A stretch of 64,000 nt of DNA from Malacoraja senta. Its lineage: Eukaryota. The position numbers were made by a program, and so were the translations under genes. Position 1 is the first letter of the stretch. Every line of letters begins with the position of its first letter. The stretch lies in the NCBI GenBank assembly GCA_038087875.1, contig CM075995.1, positions 5,024,001 to 5,088,000 on the forward strand, read 5' to 3'. Under the pieces are notes generated by a model, which saw only the letters and a program-made list of their open reading frames with translations, was not told where the DNA came from and did not search any database. Shown here one piece after another: positions 1 to 14,121 of the stretch.

Positions 1-566
1 AACCAGGGCACATAGGTTTATGATGAGAGGAGCAAGTTTTTCTGCTCGGGTGTGGTGGTTATATGGAACAAGCTGCCATGGGTGATAGTTGAGGCAGGTA
101 CTATAACAGCATTTGAAAGACACTTAGACAGATACAGGGATAGGAAAGGTTTTGAGCGATATGGGCCAAATGCAGGCAAATGAGACTAACTTAGATGGGG
201 CATCTTGGTTGACATGGACAAGTTGGGCCAAAGGGTCTGTTCCTTAACTACAAGACACTATAGTTGTCCCTTTTGCTGTTTGGACCAGGGAAATGAAGTC
301 GGGGCTGTGATTTTGTGGCCAATTATATGTGATGGATGGTAGGATGATGGCTGCTGCAACTTTGACCTATACTGAGCAGAAATAATTGTAACACAATGTT
401 CAGCACAGGAGGAAGAACTCAGGCCAATCCTCCCTGCCTCTGGGTCGACGGTCATTAAAACCAGCTATCAGTATTACCGCTCCCAGCTGAGCCTTTCACT
501 CAGGCTAGAGATCATACTTGGGAACTTCCTGATCTGTCGGCCAGGTCTACTCCTCAGAGAAACTTA

Positions 567-1106
567 AGGGGCTGTCCCACTGCGGCGACCTAATCCGCGA
601 GTTCTGACGAGTTTGCCCTCGACTCATACTCGCAGCATGGTCGACATGAGGTCCTAGGAGGTCTTTGTAACTCTCCTTCATGCTCGAGAGTAGCCCCCGC
701 GTACTCGAGGCCTCAGCTAGGTCGCGGCGTATTTTTCAACATGTTGAAAAATGCCTGCGAGTAAAAAAAGGTCGCCATGAAAAAAATCAATACCATTTTT
801 ACACATTGGTTTAGTCGAAGTAGGTCGTAGTAGGTCGGCATGTTATTTGTAGGTAATCGAGGGTAGTCAAAGGTAATCGAAGGTAGTCGTAGATAATCTT
901 CAACATAGTCGAAGGGAGATCGAAGGAGGTCGAAGGAGATCGAAGGAGGTCGTCTTCACTCTCCACTATTCGGTGTCAAATTTTCCCGAAGCTAGTCGAA
1001 GCTAGTCTTCAACATAGTCGAAGGAGGTCGAAAGAGGTCTTCAACATGACACTTTTTCAAACTCTCCTAAACTTGCCAATTAGGTCGCCGCAGTGGGACA
1101 GCCCCT
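567..1106. mobile_element. PIF/Harbinger-type MITE
   Basis: 28-bp TIR AGGGGCTGTCCCACTGCGGCGACCTAAT; TTA TSD. Confidence 0.88.
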
Positions 1107-1402
1107 TTACTCCTCCAGTGCAGTCACCCCCACTTCTCCCCTCTCCCGTCAGGCAAGAGGTACAGAAGAATTAAAACACATGCCTCCAGATTCAGGGAGA
1201 GTTTCTTCCCAGCTGTTATCGGGAAACCGAACCATCCTATCCACAACTAGAGAGCCGTCCTGAAATACTGTCTATCTCATTGGAGACTCTCGGACTATCT
1301 TTAATCGGACTTTACCTTGCACTAAATGTCATTCACTTAATGTATCTGTACACTGCGGGTGGCTCGATTGTAATCGTGCATAGTCTTTCTGCTGACTGGT
1401 TA

Positions 1403-2916
1403 AACCCGTCTCACGGTGCAAGTCCACCCACAAGTGATCCCGAGTTTAAAACAAATCAAACTCGTGGTAATCACATAGAAGCGGGAACGTCGGAACTCGT
1501 GGACGTAACTTAGCGACTCGTAACGCTAACGGCAGGTACTCGGGAAACTTGTTAACTCGTGAAAATCTTTCAACATGATGAAAGATTTCCACGAGTCAAA
1601 TTTACTCTTGAAGTAAACACTTTAAACTTTTAAACTCGTAAGAACGTAGTAGCCCGTGAGTTTACCGTAGTGACTCGTGAGTCTACCGTGGGCACTCTTT
1701 AACTCAGCGGGACAGGCAGCATCTCTGGAGAGAAGGAATGGGTGACGGGATGACGTTTCCAAAATTCTGCTGCGTCTTTGTGTTACTCCAGCACTGTGTG
1801 TTCACTTTTTGTCAACCAGCATCTGCCCTTTCTTGTGTATGACATTATTTGTATCCGTGGCAGTTGATTGTCACTCCCTTCAGTTTCCAGCGGGTCGGGA
1901 CGTGACTGGAGTTGGGAGGGAAAGGTGGGGGGGGGGGAGGGGAGTGGGGGGAGGGGAGTGGGGGGAGGGGGGGGTTGGGGTGACTTAGTACGGGAGACAA
2001 GTGTACGAGAGGTGTACTGACTGTGTGGGCAGACACTTTGGTAGTGATTGCCCATGGGGTTCACAGTCGAGGACTTCATAATGCAGAGAGCATTATAAAC
2101 AGTGGAGCGATTAACCCTGGAAAGGGGGGGGAGACTTGTCTCTAAGTTGGACCCAGGAAACTGAAGCAGGCTCACGTAGACTTAATATTTTCTTGAGGTT
2201 ATTAACGACAGATAAATGGATGGGAAGGGTTTAGAGGGCTATGGGCCACATGCAGGCAAATAGGACTACCCCAAGACGCCAACTTGGACGGCACTGCCAA
2301 GCTGGGCCGAAGGACCTGTTTCTGTCTTGTACAGCACCATGACTAAGCCTATCCAGTGGGATTGACATGTTTTGTATTTTTCCTTTCTAAAGATGCAGTG
2401 TATTTTGGTGACTATTGCACATTGCAGACCAGAAGCGCCTTCAATACCCAGATATACCAGATCCACACAAAATCTTATTTTGCGGCAACTGTTTATAATG
2501 CTCTCTGCATTATGAAGTCCTCGACAGTGAACCCCATAGGCAATCACTACCAAAGTGTCAGCCCACACAGTCAGAGATCCTGCCTAGTTTTTTTAAGTTC
2601 TGAAATTGAATAACTTTCAATACTGAATCAGAATATACTTACTGTATGAGATGCTGTCCAGCTCCTCTATTTGATACTTAAAACAGACCTTCATTCACGG
2701 TTGGCTCAAGAGTAACTCGGAAGAGGAACTTGGTAACTCGGGAGAGGAACTTGGTACATCGCAGAAATGAGAAGTAAACGGCAAACTGAGACATACACCT
2801 GGGAACTCGTTTAAACTCGTGAACATAAACTTGGAATCTCGTAGACAACCACGAGTGTGATTTTTTCTTTCACTCGGGATCACTCATGAGTGGACTCACA
2901 CCGTGAGACAAGCCCA
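1403..2916. mobile_element. Harbinger-type non-autonomous element inserted in a LINE 3' tail
   Basis: Imperfect TIRs (GTCTCACGGTG...CACCGTGAGAC) and a TTA TSD. The host reads through as CTGGTTAGCACGC (compare 48714). Internal sequence is shared with 20966-21270. Confidence 0.75.
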
Positions 2917-3221
2917 TTAGCACGCAATAAAACACTTTTCACTGCACATCGGTACACGTGACAATAAACTAAACTAAGGTAAATGTAAGAGGGAGAATGG
3001 ATAGGCTGATAGAGATAAAGTCAGATGGAAAGAGGCAAGTGCAGAACACGAATACAATCACAAACCAACTAATAGCACATTTCAATCATATATATGCGTG
3101 TGAACAATAACATTGCATCTTCTTACGAGGGAAGAATATAACCTTTTGCAAGCCGTCTGGAGATTGTATTGCACAATTATGAACACCTACTGTGCAGGAA
3201 CAAATGAGAACAAATTTCTAC

Positions 3222-3527
3222 CTGGCTGAGACGTGTCAGTCTGCCCACGTTTGGCCCGCACGCAGTAATCCCACCGCGTATTTGGGTTTTCCACGAATTT
3301 CCCAATGTCGAGGAAGAGCTCGCTGAAGGACATGTGGCTGGCCTGGTACACCGTGTAGTAGAGCAGAGCTGCTCTCCAGAGGAAGGGATCCTTGCGGAAC
3401 AGCACACTGTGGATACTGGCGAGTCCTTCTTCAGTTGGGTTGATCGGTTTAAGCCCGTGTTTCCTGCGGCCACTCCAGTTATTCCAGGGCTGTAGGTTGT
3501 TGTTCAAACCCCGTATGTAATGGGTAC
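3222..3527 (-). CDS. MATCAP2: MATCAP2 coding exon 5 (THYIRGLNNNLQPW...NPTEEGLASIHSVLFRKDPFLWRAALLYY...CVRAKRGQTDTSQP-G)
   Basis: Acceptor TTTGCAG|GT, donor CCA G|GTAGA; 306 nt; ORF 3187..3507. Residues (SIHS, KDPF, YTVYQAS, PNTRWDY) fit recalled MATCAP2 better than MATCAP1/KIAA0895L. Confidence 0.95.
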
Positions 3528-3734
3528 CTGCAAAGAATTCTACATTAATTCCACTGTGGTTGCTGAAGGGGATATGCCCAATGGTTCAATGGTACTTTAA
3601 ACGTCTCATGTAACGAGGGACAATGAAATTCGTTTTTCTATACAGTTCAATATAAGCATCACTGTACATAAGCACTTGGATAAATCTTAGATAAGCATCT
3701 CAGATACTGTACAAGTGTATAATAGCAGTATGTG

Positions 3735-4720
3735 TAGGAAGGAATTGCAGATAGACACAAAATGCTGGAGTAACTCAGCGGGTCAGGCAGCCTCTCTGGA
3801 GAAGGAATGGGCGACGTTTCTGGTCGAGATCCTTCTTCAGTGATGTCAGGGGAGGGGGCGGGACAAAGATAGAATGTAGTCGGAGACAGTAAGACTAGTG
3901 GGAGAACTGGGAAGGGGAAGGGGATGGAGAGAGAAAGCAAGAGCTATCTGAAGTTAGAGAAGTCAATGTTCATACTGTTGTGGTGTTGTGGTAGTGAAAT
4001 ATGAGGTGCTGTTCCTCCAATTTACGCTGGGCCTCAATTTGACACTGGAGGAGGCCCACGACAGAAAGGACAGATTGGGAATGGGAGGGGGAGTTGAAGT
4101 GCTGAAATTGACACCTGGAACAGCGGATACAGTAGATGAGGTTGGAGGAGGTGCAAGTGAACCTCTGCTTCACCTGGAAAGATTGTTTGGGTCCTTGGAT
4201 GGAGTCGAGGGGGGAGGTAAAGGGACAGGTGTTGCATCTCCTGCGGTTGCAGGGGAAAGTACCTGAGGAGGGGGTGGTTTGGGTGGGAAGGAGCGAGTTG
4301 ACCAGGGAGTTTCGGAGGGAACGGTCATTGCGGAAAGCAGAGAGGGGTGGAGATGGGAAGCTGTGGCCAGTAGTGGGATCCCGTTGGAGGTGGCGAAAAT
4401 GTTGCAGGATTATATGCTGTATGCGACGGCTGATGGGGTGGAAGGTGAGGACAAGGGGGACTCTGTCCTTGTTGCGAATGGGGGGAGGGGGAGTAATAGT
4501 GGAGCTGTGGGATATCGAAGAGAGACAGAGGAATTTGTAGTAGGGGGTAGAGTCTTTACAGGAAGCAGGGTGGGAAGAAGTGTAGTCAAGATAGCTATGG
4601 GAGTCAGTAGGTTTGCAGTAGATGTCGGTCAAGTCTGTTTCCTGTGATGTCTAGAAACGGTAGGGAGATGTCGGAGAATGAATTTGTCCAAGTGAATTTG
4701 AATGCAGGATGGAAATTAGT
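3735..4720 (-). mobile_element. Degenerate Penelope-like element fragment
   Basis: ORF 3970..4632 is homologous to 28677..29654 with internal deletions; a pLTR lies at ~3735-3850. Confidence 0.88.
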
Positions 4721-6479
4721 GGTGAAGTTGATGAAGTCAGTGAGTTCTGCAGATGCTGGTTTAATTCGAAGACAGACACAAAATGCTGGAGTAATTCAGC
4801 GGGACAAGCAGTATCTCTGGAGAGAAGGAATGGGTGAGACGTTTTGGGTCGAGACCCTTCCTCCGAGTAATAATAGTAATAATAATAGTACACTGAGATG
4901 GTATACAGAGTCGCCAGATTTGGTGCTATTTTCAAGTCCCAGTTGTTATAGGTGTGGCGTTCTTAACCTGGCCATGAAGGCCCGTTGTCCTTACCGCATT
5001 GCGGGGTCAGCTTGCCCAAGTGTAGTCGTGGTGTGCTGCATCGCTACTCCACTGCTTCATGCAGGCAGCATCCAGTCCACGTTTTAGATCTGTCGGTGCG
5101 GCGCCCAGACCAGCCGAGCCCCAGGCTACTGCAGGGCCTCCAGCGGCCCACTACACAGTTGAGGCACTGCATTGCCTCCCGCAGCAGGCCTGCTTACCAG
5201 TCAAGTAAGTGCACGGTGGCACAGCTGTAGAGTTGCTGCCTTACAGCGCCATGGATCCAGGAGATTGTACGTTCTGCCCGTGACCTGCGTGGGTTTTCTC
5301 TGAGATCTCCGGTTTCCTCCCACACTCCAAAGACGTGCAGGTTTATAGGCTAATTGCTTTGGTATGAATGTAAAGTTGTCCCTAGTGTGTGTAGTGTTAA
5401 GTGTGTGGGGATCGGTGGTCGGCGCGCACTCGGTGGGATGAAGGGCCTGTTTCCGCGCTGTATCTCTAAACTGAACTATATGCAGCTTCCTCTGCAGAAA
5501 AGGCTGCTGAAGAGGCGAGGTTCAGCTGCCTGAGGCAGTGGATCATGGTGGAGTCTTTTTTAGATGGGATTCAAGGCAAGGGTGGATGCAAGCCCACTTT
5601 AACTTTCACTCCTCCTTTTACCTCCTTATCTGACACCACCTCGGGATGTTTTACCCACCCTTGGACTCAACTGACCAGCATCAGAGTCTATCTTCCTTCA
5701 AATATCAAGCATATATGTGCCAATATTTTCAACTCTTGACGTTTTTCACAACTGTTGTAGATCGTATTTCTGCTTACTTCTGTGGAATTGTCTACCACAG
5801 CAGGCAGTGGAGGCCAATTCACTGGATGTTTTCAAGAGAGAGTTAGATTTAGCTCTTTGGGCAAACGGAATCAAGGGATATGGGGGAAAAGCAGGAACGG
5901 GGTACTGATTCTGGATGATCAGCCATGAAGGCCCAAATGACCTACTCCTGCACCTATTTTCTATGTTTCTACGTTTCTATTTACTCACACTGGTAAAAAA
6001 AAGTCCAATCAGCCAGGACTTTAACTCACAGCTCAAAACATCTGCCCTGAATTTGTATTGCTTGAAAAATGTGTCTGGTCTCATCCATTTGTCCTTCTCC
6101 TGTGGAGGTTTTTACCTGGAAGCGGGAGTGAGGTTAAAAATAACAAGATACTTACATGGTACCTACCACTTCAGTTCAGTTACAGTTTAGATTATTATTG
6201 TCATGTGTACTGAGGTACAATGAAAAGCTTTTGTAGCGTGCAAAGTAATATTAAAATTATAATAATCTCAGTAATATTCTGAAAACACTCGTGCAGAAGA
6301 AATCATTTTGAAATGCATTGTTTGCCCTTAAAAAGCAGTGAATTGTAATGACTAGTTTTTCTTTATTTGTTGGGCTTGGTTGAAGACAAATTTCTCTTCC
6401 TATTTTTCTGCAATTACTGACAAAGGCCTCAGTGAACAGGTACACGGGTTTTGATTTAACGCCCAATTCAAAGGATAGT

Positions 6480-8045
6480 TTAGAAACATAGAAAATAGGT
6501 GCAGGAGTAGGCCATTCGGCCCTTCGAGCCATTCAATATGATCATGGCTGATCATCCAACTCAGTATCCCGTACCTGCCTTCTCTCCATATCCCCTGATC
6601 CCTTTAGACACAAGGGCCACATCTAACTCCCTCTTAAATATAGCCAATGAACTGGCCTCAACTACCTTCTGTGGCAGAAAATTCCAGAGATTCACCACTC
6701 TCTGTGTGAAAATTGTTTTTCTCATCTCGGTCCTAAAAGACTTCCCCCTTATCCTTAAACTGTGACCCCTTGTTCTGGACTTCCCCATCATCGGGAACAA
6801 TCTTCCTGCATCTAGCCTGTCCAACCCTTTAAGAATTTTGTAAGTTTCTATAAGATCCCCCCTCAATCTTCTAAATTCTAGCGAGTATAAGCCGAGTCTA
6901 TCCAGTCTTTCTTCATATGAAAGTCATGACATCCCAGGAATCAGTCTGGTGAACCTTCTCTGTACTCCCTCTATGGCAAGAATGTCTTTCCCCAGATTAG
7001 GAGACCAAAACTGTACGCAATAGTCCAGGTGTGGTCTCATCAAGACCCTGTACATCTGCAGTAGAACCTCCCTGCTCCTATACTCAAATCCTTTTGCTAT
7101 GAATGCTAACATACCATTCACTTTCTTCACTGCCTGCTGCACCTGCATGCCTACTTTCAATGTGTACCATGACACCCAGGTCTCGTTGCATCTCCCCTTT
7201 TCCTAATCTGCCACCATTCAGATAATAGTCTACTTTCCTGTTTTTGCCACCAAAGTGGATAACCTCACATTTATCCACATTATACTGCATCTGCCATGCA
7301 TTTGCCCACTCAACCCAACCTATCCAAGTCACCTTGCAGCCTCCTAGCATCCTCCTCACAGCTAACACTGCCCCCATCTTCGTGTCATCTGCAAACTTGG
7401 AGATGTTGCATTCAATTCCCTCGTCCAAATCATTAATATATATTGTAAATAGCTGGGGTCCCAGCACCGAGCCTTGCGGTACCCCACTAGTTACTGCCTG
7501 CCATTCTGAAAAGGACCCGTTTACTCCTACTCTTTGCTTCCTGTCTGCCAGCCAGTTCTCTATCCACATCAATACTGAACCCCCAATAACGTGTGCTTTA
7601 AGTTTGCATACTAATCTCTTGTGGGACCTTGTCGAAAGCCTTCTGAGAGTCCAGATATAACACATCCACTGGTTCTCCCTTATCCACTCTACTAGTTACA
7701 TCCTCGAAAAATTCTATAAGATTCGTCAGACATGATTTACCTTTCATAAATCTATGCTGACTTTGTCCAATGATTTCACCACTTTTAAAATGTGCTGCTA
7801 TCCCATTTTTAATAACTGACTCTAGCAGTTTCCCCACTACCGATGTTAGACTAACTGGTCTGTAATTCCCCGTTTTCTCTCTCCCTCCCTTTATAAAAAG
7901 TGGGGTTACATTAGCTACCCTACAATCCTCAGGAACTACTCCAGAATCTAAAGAGTTTTGAAAAATTATCACTAATGCATCAACTATTTCTGGGGCTACT
8001 TCCTTAAGTACTCTGGGATGCAGCCTATCTGGCCCTGGGGATTTG
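6480..8045 (-). mobile_element. 5'-truncated CR1/HER1-type LINE (RT)
   Basis: ORFs 7598..8188, 7084..7665 (GVPQGSVLGP, FADD), 6924..7175 and 6561..6866; same family as 35545-39643. Confidence 0.93.
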
Positions 8046-8879
8046 GGAGATTTGGGGGACAAGTTTTTTTTTTTAAAGGAGTTTAAAGGAGATTTGGGGA
8101 CAAGTTTTTTTTTAAAGGAGTTTAAAGGAGATTTGGGGGACAAGTTTAAAAAAAATGTTACACAGAGGGTGGAGGGTGCCTGGAACATGCTGCCGGGGGT
8201 GGTGGTTGAAAGTTACGTTAGTGGTATTCAAAAGACTTTAAGACAGGCATATGGATATGCAGGGAATGGAAATATATGGATTATGTATAGCAAGATAAGC
8301 AATGGTCTTGGCATCATGTTTGGCACAAACATTGTGGGCCAGAGGGCCTGTTCTTGTGCTGTACTGTTCTATGTTCTACACATGACACCTTTTTTTTCCC
8401 CAAGTACTTATCAGTTAATGCAAACTGTGACAAGGCTTGAGGGGAATATATTTAAGGATTTTGTTTTAGTTTTGGAACATTCATGGACTGCCACTTTATT
8501 TAGTTCAGTTTTAGTCTAGTTTAGCGATACAGCGCAGAAACAGGCCTTTCGGCCCACCGAGTCCACACCGACCAGTGATCCCCGCACGTTAACACCATTC
8601 TGCACACACAAGGGACAATTTACACTTAGACCAAGCCAATTAACCTACAAACCTGTAAGTTTTTGGAGTGTGAGAGGAAACCCGTGTCTCCGGCGCTGTA
8701 AGGCAGCAACTCTACCGCTGTACTGTACTGGCCCGTACTGCCACTTTATTGTTGGATCAAATGTTCTGGTTAACACCCAATATATATTTGTTGTCCGAGT
8801 TTAATACAGATTCCTTTCCCCGCGACCCCCGCCCACCTATCAAATTACAGCCACTAAGCTTGAAAGATGGTTCTTATAC

Positions 8880-9012
8880 CTATCTCATGTCTCAGCATTC
8901 CCTCCAGCCAGTGCTCACGGGCGGTAGAAACGTTGATGGTCAGCGTTGGACGTCCATTCACTATCGTCATAGACGCACGAGAAAGCAAATCATCTGTTAA
9001 GTGGACGGCAAT
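8880..9012 (-). CDS. MATCAP2: MATCAP2 coding exon 4 (IAVHLTDDLLSRASMTIVNGRPTLTINVSTAREHWLEGMLRHEI-G)
   Basis: Translated by hand (not in the ORF track). Acceptor TTTTACAG|ATT, donor ATA G|GTATAAG; 133 nt; carries the HE of the HExxxH motif. Confidence 0.95.
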
Positions 9013-9634
9013 CTGTAAAATTTTACAAGGACGTGCAATTTAGAAGCCTTTTCAAAAAAATATATATTAACAACCTGAAATAACTAATCAGAAAATATAC
9101 TAAGTAGATATAAGGAACTGCAGATGCTGAGATTCCCGTATGGAACATAAAGTGCTGAAGTAACACAATGGGTCAGGCAGAATCTCAGGAGGACAACGCC
9201 AGGGACCCAGGTTTGATCCTGACTATGGATGCTGTCTGCGCGGAGTTTATACGTTCTCCCTGTGACTGCGTGGATTTCCTCCAGGTGCTCCGGTTTTCTC
9301 CCACATTCCAAAGACGTGCAGGTTTGTAGGTTAATTGCCTTCTGTAAATTGTCCCTGATGTGTAGAATAGAAGCAGCATACGGGTAATTGTGGTCAGCGT
9401 GGACACGGCGGGCCAATGGGCTCATTTCCACACTGTATTTCTATAACTAAAACATATTTCACATGACACACATGACACTAATAGTGTGGACACAGTGGGC
9501 CCAAAGGTCCAGTGGCCTTTTAATAGGTGGAGATTCTATTCAGATACAAACATTTGCAGTAGGTTCTGAAATCTTCAAAGTGCCTTAAAGAAATTATTAG
9601 CAATGTGGAATCACATTTGAAAGTAATAGATTTA

Positions 9635-10167
9635 ATTTAGTTTGGTTTAGAGATACAGTGCGGAAACGGCCCTTCGACCCACCGAGTCCGCGCCGACCAG
9701 CGATCCCTGCACACTTAAGGGCCTGTCCCACTTGGGCATCATTTGCGCGTCACGCAGGTGGCGCGCAAAGATTTTGTGAATCCTGGGGCGCTGCGCGCGA
9801 CTGCGCGTCACTGCCTATGTCACCACGCACCATGCGCGCGTAATGCACGCCATGCACGTGTCGTGCATCGTGACGCATAAATGATGTCGCGTAAATGACG
9901 TGCAAATGACGTCCAAGTGGGACAGGCCCTTAACACTATCCTATAAGCACTATGGCCAACTTAAAAAAAAAAAATTATACCAATCCAATTAACCTACAAA
10001 CCTGTACGTCTTTGGAGTGTGGGAGGAAACCACAGCTCCCGGAGAAAACACGCAGGTCATGGGGAGAGCGTACAAACTCCGTGCAGACAGCACCCGTAGT
10101 CAGGATCGAACCCGGGTCTCTGGCGTTGTAAGGCAGTAACTCTACCATTGTGCCACCGTGCCGCCCC
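9635..10167 (-). mobile_element. HE1-type SINE interrupted by a MITE
   Basis: Reverse complement of the same consensus. Confidence 0.85.
9718..9930. mobile_element. Harbinger-type MITE inserted in an HE1 SINE
   Basis: TIR AGGGCCTGTCCCACTTGG; TTA/TAA flanks. A solo end of the same family lies at ~42716-42746. Confidence 0.8.
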
Positions 10168-10203
10168 TAAATACGAGGTACGAGACTTTCTACTTTGGCT
10201 TAC

Positions 10204-10347
10204 GTCACCAAGACAATTCTCTTTCTCCATGTATTTCTTCACGTAGAACCAAATGCGACTCTTGGTGAGGAGATTCCCGCCAGTTGCTTGCTCAAACTTC
10301 TCATAGCTGCCGTATTTCTGAAGGGCCATTTTCATTATCTTGATAGC
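10204..10347 (-). CDS. MATCAP2: MATCAP2 coding exon 3 (AIKIMKMALQKYGSYEKFEQATGG...ENCLGD)
   Basis: Acceptor TTCTCTGGCAG|GCT, donor GAC|GTAAGC; 144 nt, phase 0/0; in the frame of ORF 10057..10335. Confidence 0.95.
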
Positions 10348-13300
10348 CTGCCAGAGAACGAAAAATATTGAAGCACATTATAAGAGGCATTATAGATTTT
10401 TCCAAATAATTTCTTATCAACTATTTCTGAAGAAAGATACGTCAATGTGCTTATTGTTGAGGTGGAAGTAAAACATGAAAAACTAAGCTGCAATCAGTAT
10501 GATTCTAGATATTTTTTTGTATTGATTTTTTAAAATATTACGTATATATATATAACAATGTAGGTAAAAATTGAACCGCTGATTCTAAGAAAGCTGATGC
10601 TTAAAAGCTTCCTGGAATAGGGGCCATTAGCTTCAAGAGGAGGTTGGACAGACTTGTATTGTTTTCTCTAGAACACTGGAGGTTGAGGGAAAACCTATTA
10701 GAAGCATATACAACTACGAGAGACATAGACAAGGGTGGACAGTCTGACTCCCCTCCACCCCCAGTGAGGCAATTTATTTATCTGTCTATTTATTTATTCT
10801 CACACACATGATGGTGGGTGCCTGGAACAATAGACAATAGGCAATAGGTGCAGGAGTAGGCCATTCGGCCCTTCGAGCCATTCAATGTGATCATGGCTGA
10901 TCATCCCCAATCATGCTGCCAGGGGTGATGGAGTAGGAAGATATGATAGTGGCGTTTAAGAGGCTTTTTAGATAGGCACATGGCTTTGCAGGGAATGAAG
11001 GGATATGGATTGTGTGCAGGCAGATGTTGTTAGTTTTATCTTCATATGGGATGATTAGTAAAAGATGCTTTGTTTTTCTCTAGCAAAGATAAATAGCTCC
11101 CGATCTTAAAACAAAAAGCTGCTAATAGACAAAGAATTGGCTTCCTCTTGCGCCTCAGGATATGTTCAATACTTGGAAACAGAGATTCATGGAAATTGAG
11201 TGGGAGAGATGGGTCTTCAAAAAGGGATACAGTTGACTGTAATTGCCTGCTGATACCAATCATTAGGTATCATGTTTGGCACAGACATTGTGGGCAGAAG
11301 GGCCTGTTCCAGAGCTGCATTATTATTCAATGTTCTAACTAACCCATAACATAATAGAGTTCTCAACACAGATGACGACAGGGTTAAACCAAAGTGCAAC
11401 AAATCATAACCTTAAAGCAGCTAAGCTGCAGGATGCTCTATATTCTCTCCCGATATGTGGAAAATATTAAAGTATTTATCAAGCAGTGAGTCATCCACTA
11501 ATTATGTGTTCCTTTTTAAGTCTTATCCATCACATCCTGGGAGGCGTTCATAGTGAGAAGGATTTAAAAAGAACGAGGAATTTGCTTTTTGCATTAAATT
11601 AATTTATAAAAGAGCCCATATCACATGCAATTAAGGTTAAATATCAAACATCGCCTATGTGTTTCCCATTGCAACCTTCATAGTGCAAATTCCCAATCTC
11701 ATTTTAGTACAGTACCGCGGTAATCTGAGCTAATGAACTCTATGTCCAGTCTGTATCTAATCATGACCATGAACACATTCACTTCTACATAACATGACGC
11801 GATACCAAAGACTGTCGGTATTCACACACAATGCAACCTCCTGCTTATAAGAGGACCCTTCAAAACATTGTACTCTTTAAAAAAAAGTTGTGAAAAAATT
11901 GATCACTAGATTCCAGTGCACAGGATAAACAAGATCTTTTCTAAGTTTGAAAAGCATTTAGACAGGTACATGGATAGGGCAGGTTTAGAGGGATTTGGGC
12001 CAAACGCAGGCAGATGGAACTAGTGTAGATGGGACATGTAGGTCGGTGTGGGCAAGTTGGGCTGAGGGGCTGTTTCCATGCTATAAGACTCTATGAGCTG
12101 TTGTAATAAATAGTGACATTGAAGTCTCTAACTTGAAGTTTCTAACTTCAAAGTAACAATTAGAGTCAGACAGCAACAAAATGGCACATTAGCCCAACCC
12201 ATCCACGTTCAACATGTTGCCTAACCAAGCTAGTCCCATTTGCCTGCGCAGACTCATATCCCTCCAAACCTTTCCTATCCATTATAATATACTCCTGGTC
12301 AGACCGATAAGTGAGCTAAGGAATGGTTAATGGCATTTAATGCAAATAAGTGCAAGGCATTGTATTTGGGGATTTTAAACCAGGGCAGAACCTTTACAGT
12401 GAATGGCAGAGATCTAGGGAGTGCTGTCGAGCAGCAGGATCGAGAGTGCAGGTGCGTAGCTCATTGAAAGTAGCATCACGGATGAATACGATGGTCAAGA
12501 AGTCTGTAGGTCTATTGGCCTTCATCAATTAGGGTATTGAGTTTACAGTTTGGGACTCCATGTTACAGTTGTACAAGATGTTGATGCGACCACACTGAGT
12601 ATTGTGTTCAGTTTGGTCGTCCTGCCATAGGAAGGATGTCGTTAGGCTAGAAAGAGTGCAGAGAGGATATACCAGGATAGTGCCAGGACTTGAACAGCTG
12701 AGCTATAGAGAGAGCTCCAGGCAAGTTATGACTTAATTCTTTGGAGCGCAAGAGGTGGAGGGGTGATCTTCTAGAGGAGTATAAAATCAAGAGGTGAATA
12801 GAAAGAGAGAATGCACAGAGTCTTTTACCCGTTTCGGGTCGGGACCCTTCTTCAGACAAGCAATGTTGTCACAGCCCACATCTTAAACATTATGAAAACA
12901 GAAAAAAAAATTAAATTCAAAGGCGCTTTAAGGGGAGGTGGATTGGTGAACCAAGATCAATCAAGACCTTGAGACACAACCATAGGGTTCTCACATATTA
13001 ATCAGTAATGTGAGGAGGAGATAATGGAGTCTAGAGCAAAACACAAAGTGCTGGAGAAACTCAGCAGGTCAGGCAGCAACTGGGGAGAGAATGAGCAGGT
13101 GCCGTTTCGGGTCGAGACCCTTCTTCAGAAATAGAAACATAGAAAAATAGGTGCAGTAGGCCATTCGGCCCATCGAGCCAGCACCGCCCTTCAATATGAT
13201 CAGTACCCCTTTCCTGCTTTTTCCCCATATCCCTTGATTCCTTTAGCCCTAAGAGCTAAATCTAACTCTCTCTTGAAAACATCCAGTGAATTGGCCTCCA

Positions 13301-13951
13301 CAGCCTTCTGTGGCAGAGAATTCCACAGATTCACAACTCTCTGGGTGAAAACGTTTTTCCTCATCAGTCCTAAACGGCCTACCCCTTATTCTTAAAATCT
13401 ATCCTTATTCTTAAGTGGAATCGATCCTTTTCATGGATTACTGGATTTTGAATAAAAATAAATAAATGGTGTATCCCTGGCAGTGGAATCAACATATTGC
13501 GTGTTGTTTCCATCTCTGGAAGCTCACGATTTGCTCTCTGCAGCAGTGATTCACGACCTTTCACAAACTATTTCACATGCTGTATTTTGTCTGTTGGGGC
13601 CTGTACTCCAGGCCCGACAGGCAATTACTTTTTGAAGAGGTCAGCAGATGGTGCACTTTGAAAATGCTCATGGAAAATTAAAAGAATTACGTAATACTGG
13701 AGAGATTTGTCTCCTTGGCATTATTCAAAAATTATACTAAATCAGAGGTGGACAACCACGGTATTAACCTCACACAGTATGCTCCTTGTTTTTTTAGCTG
13801 CAGCAGAGGTCATCTTTAAGCTTTAAACTTGATTCTTTAGAGTTACAGTACGGAAACAGGCCCTTTGGCCCATCGAGTCCGCGCTGACCAGCGATCACCC
13901 TTACACTAGCACTATCCTGCACACTCGGGACAATTTATAAAAAGGAGCCAA

Positions 13952-14121
13952 TGAATAATATTAATATAATATCAGGGGGGGGGGTGGTTAGTGTGTGTGT
14001 GGGGGGCTGGTTAGTTTGTGTGTGTTGGGGGGTGGTTAGTGTGTGTGTGACGCCACAGACCGCCTCACCCCCCCCCCCCCCCGCAACGGGGACGGGACCC
14101 AACGGGTCCCACTTGGTCTAG
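13952..14121 (+). mobile_element. Helitron 3'-end fragment inside an HE1 SINE
   Basis: GGGACCC-AAC-GGGTCCC hairpin followed by ACTTGGTCTAG|T, the same terminus type as at 23412. Confidence 0.65.

Noticed and set aside
2356..2613. ORF containing FLSKDAVY, reminiscent of the expected next MATCAP2 exon (CFSKDQVY)
   Set aside because: It is on the wrong strand, sits inside a transposon, and the similarity does not extend. The true exon is not in the window.
4890..5205. Possible second DIRS-derived fragment (GATGGTATACAGAGTC resembles ~32673)
   Set aside because: The similarity is too short, with no termini or clear domain.
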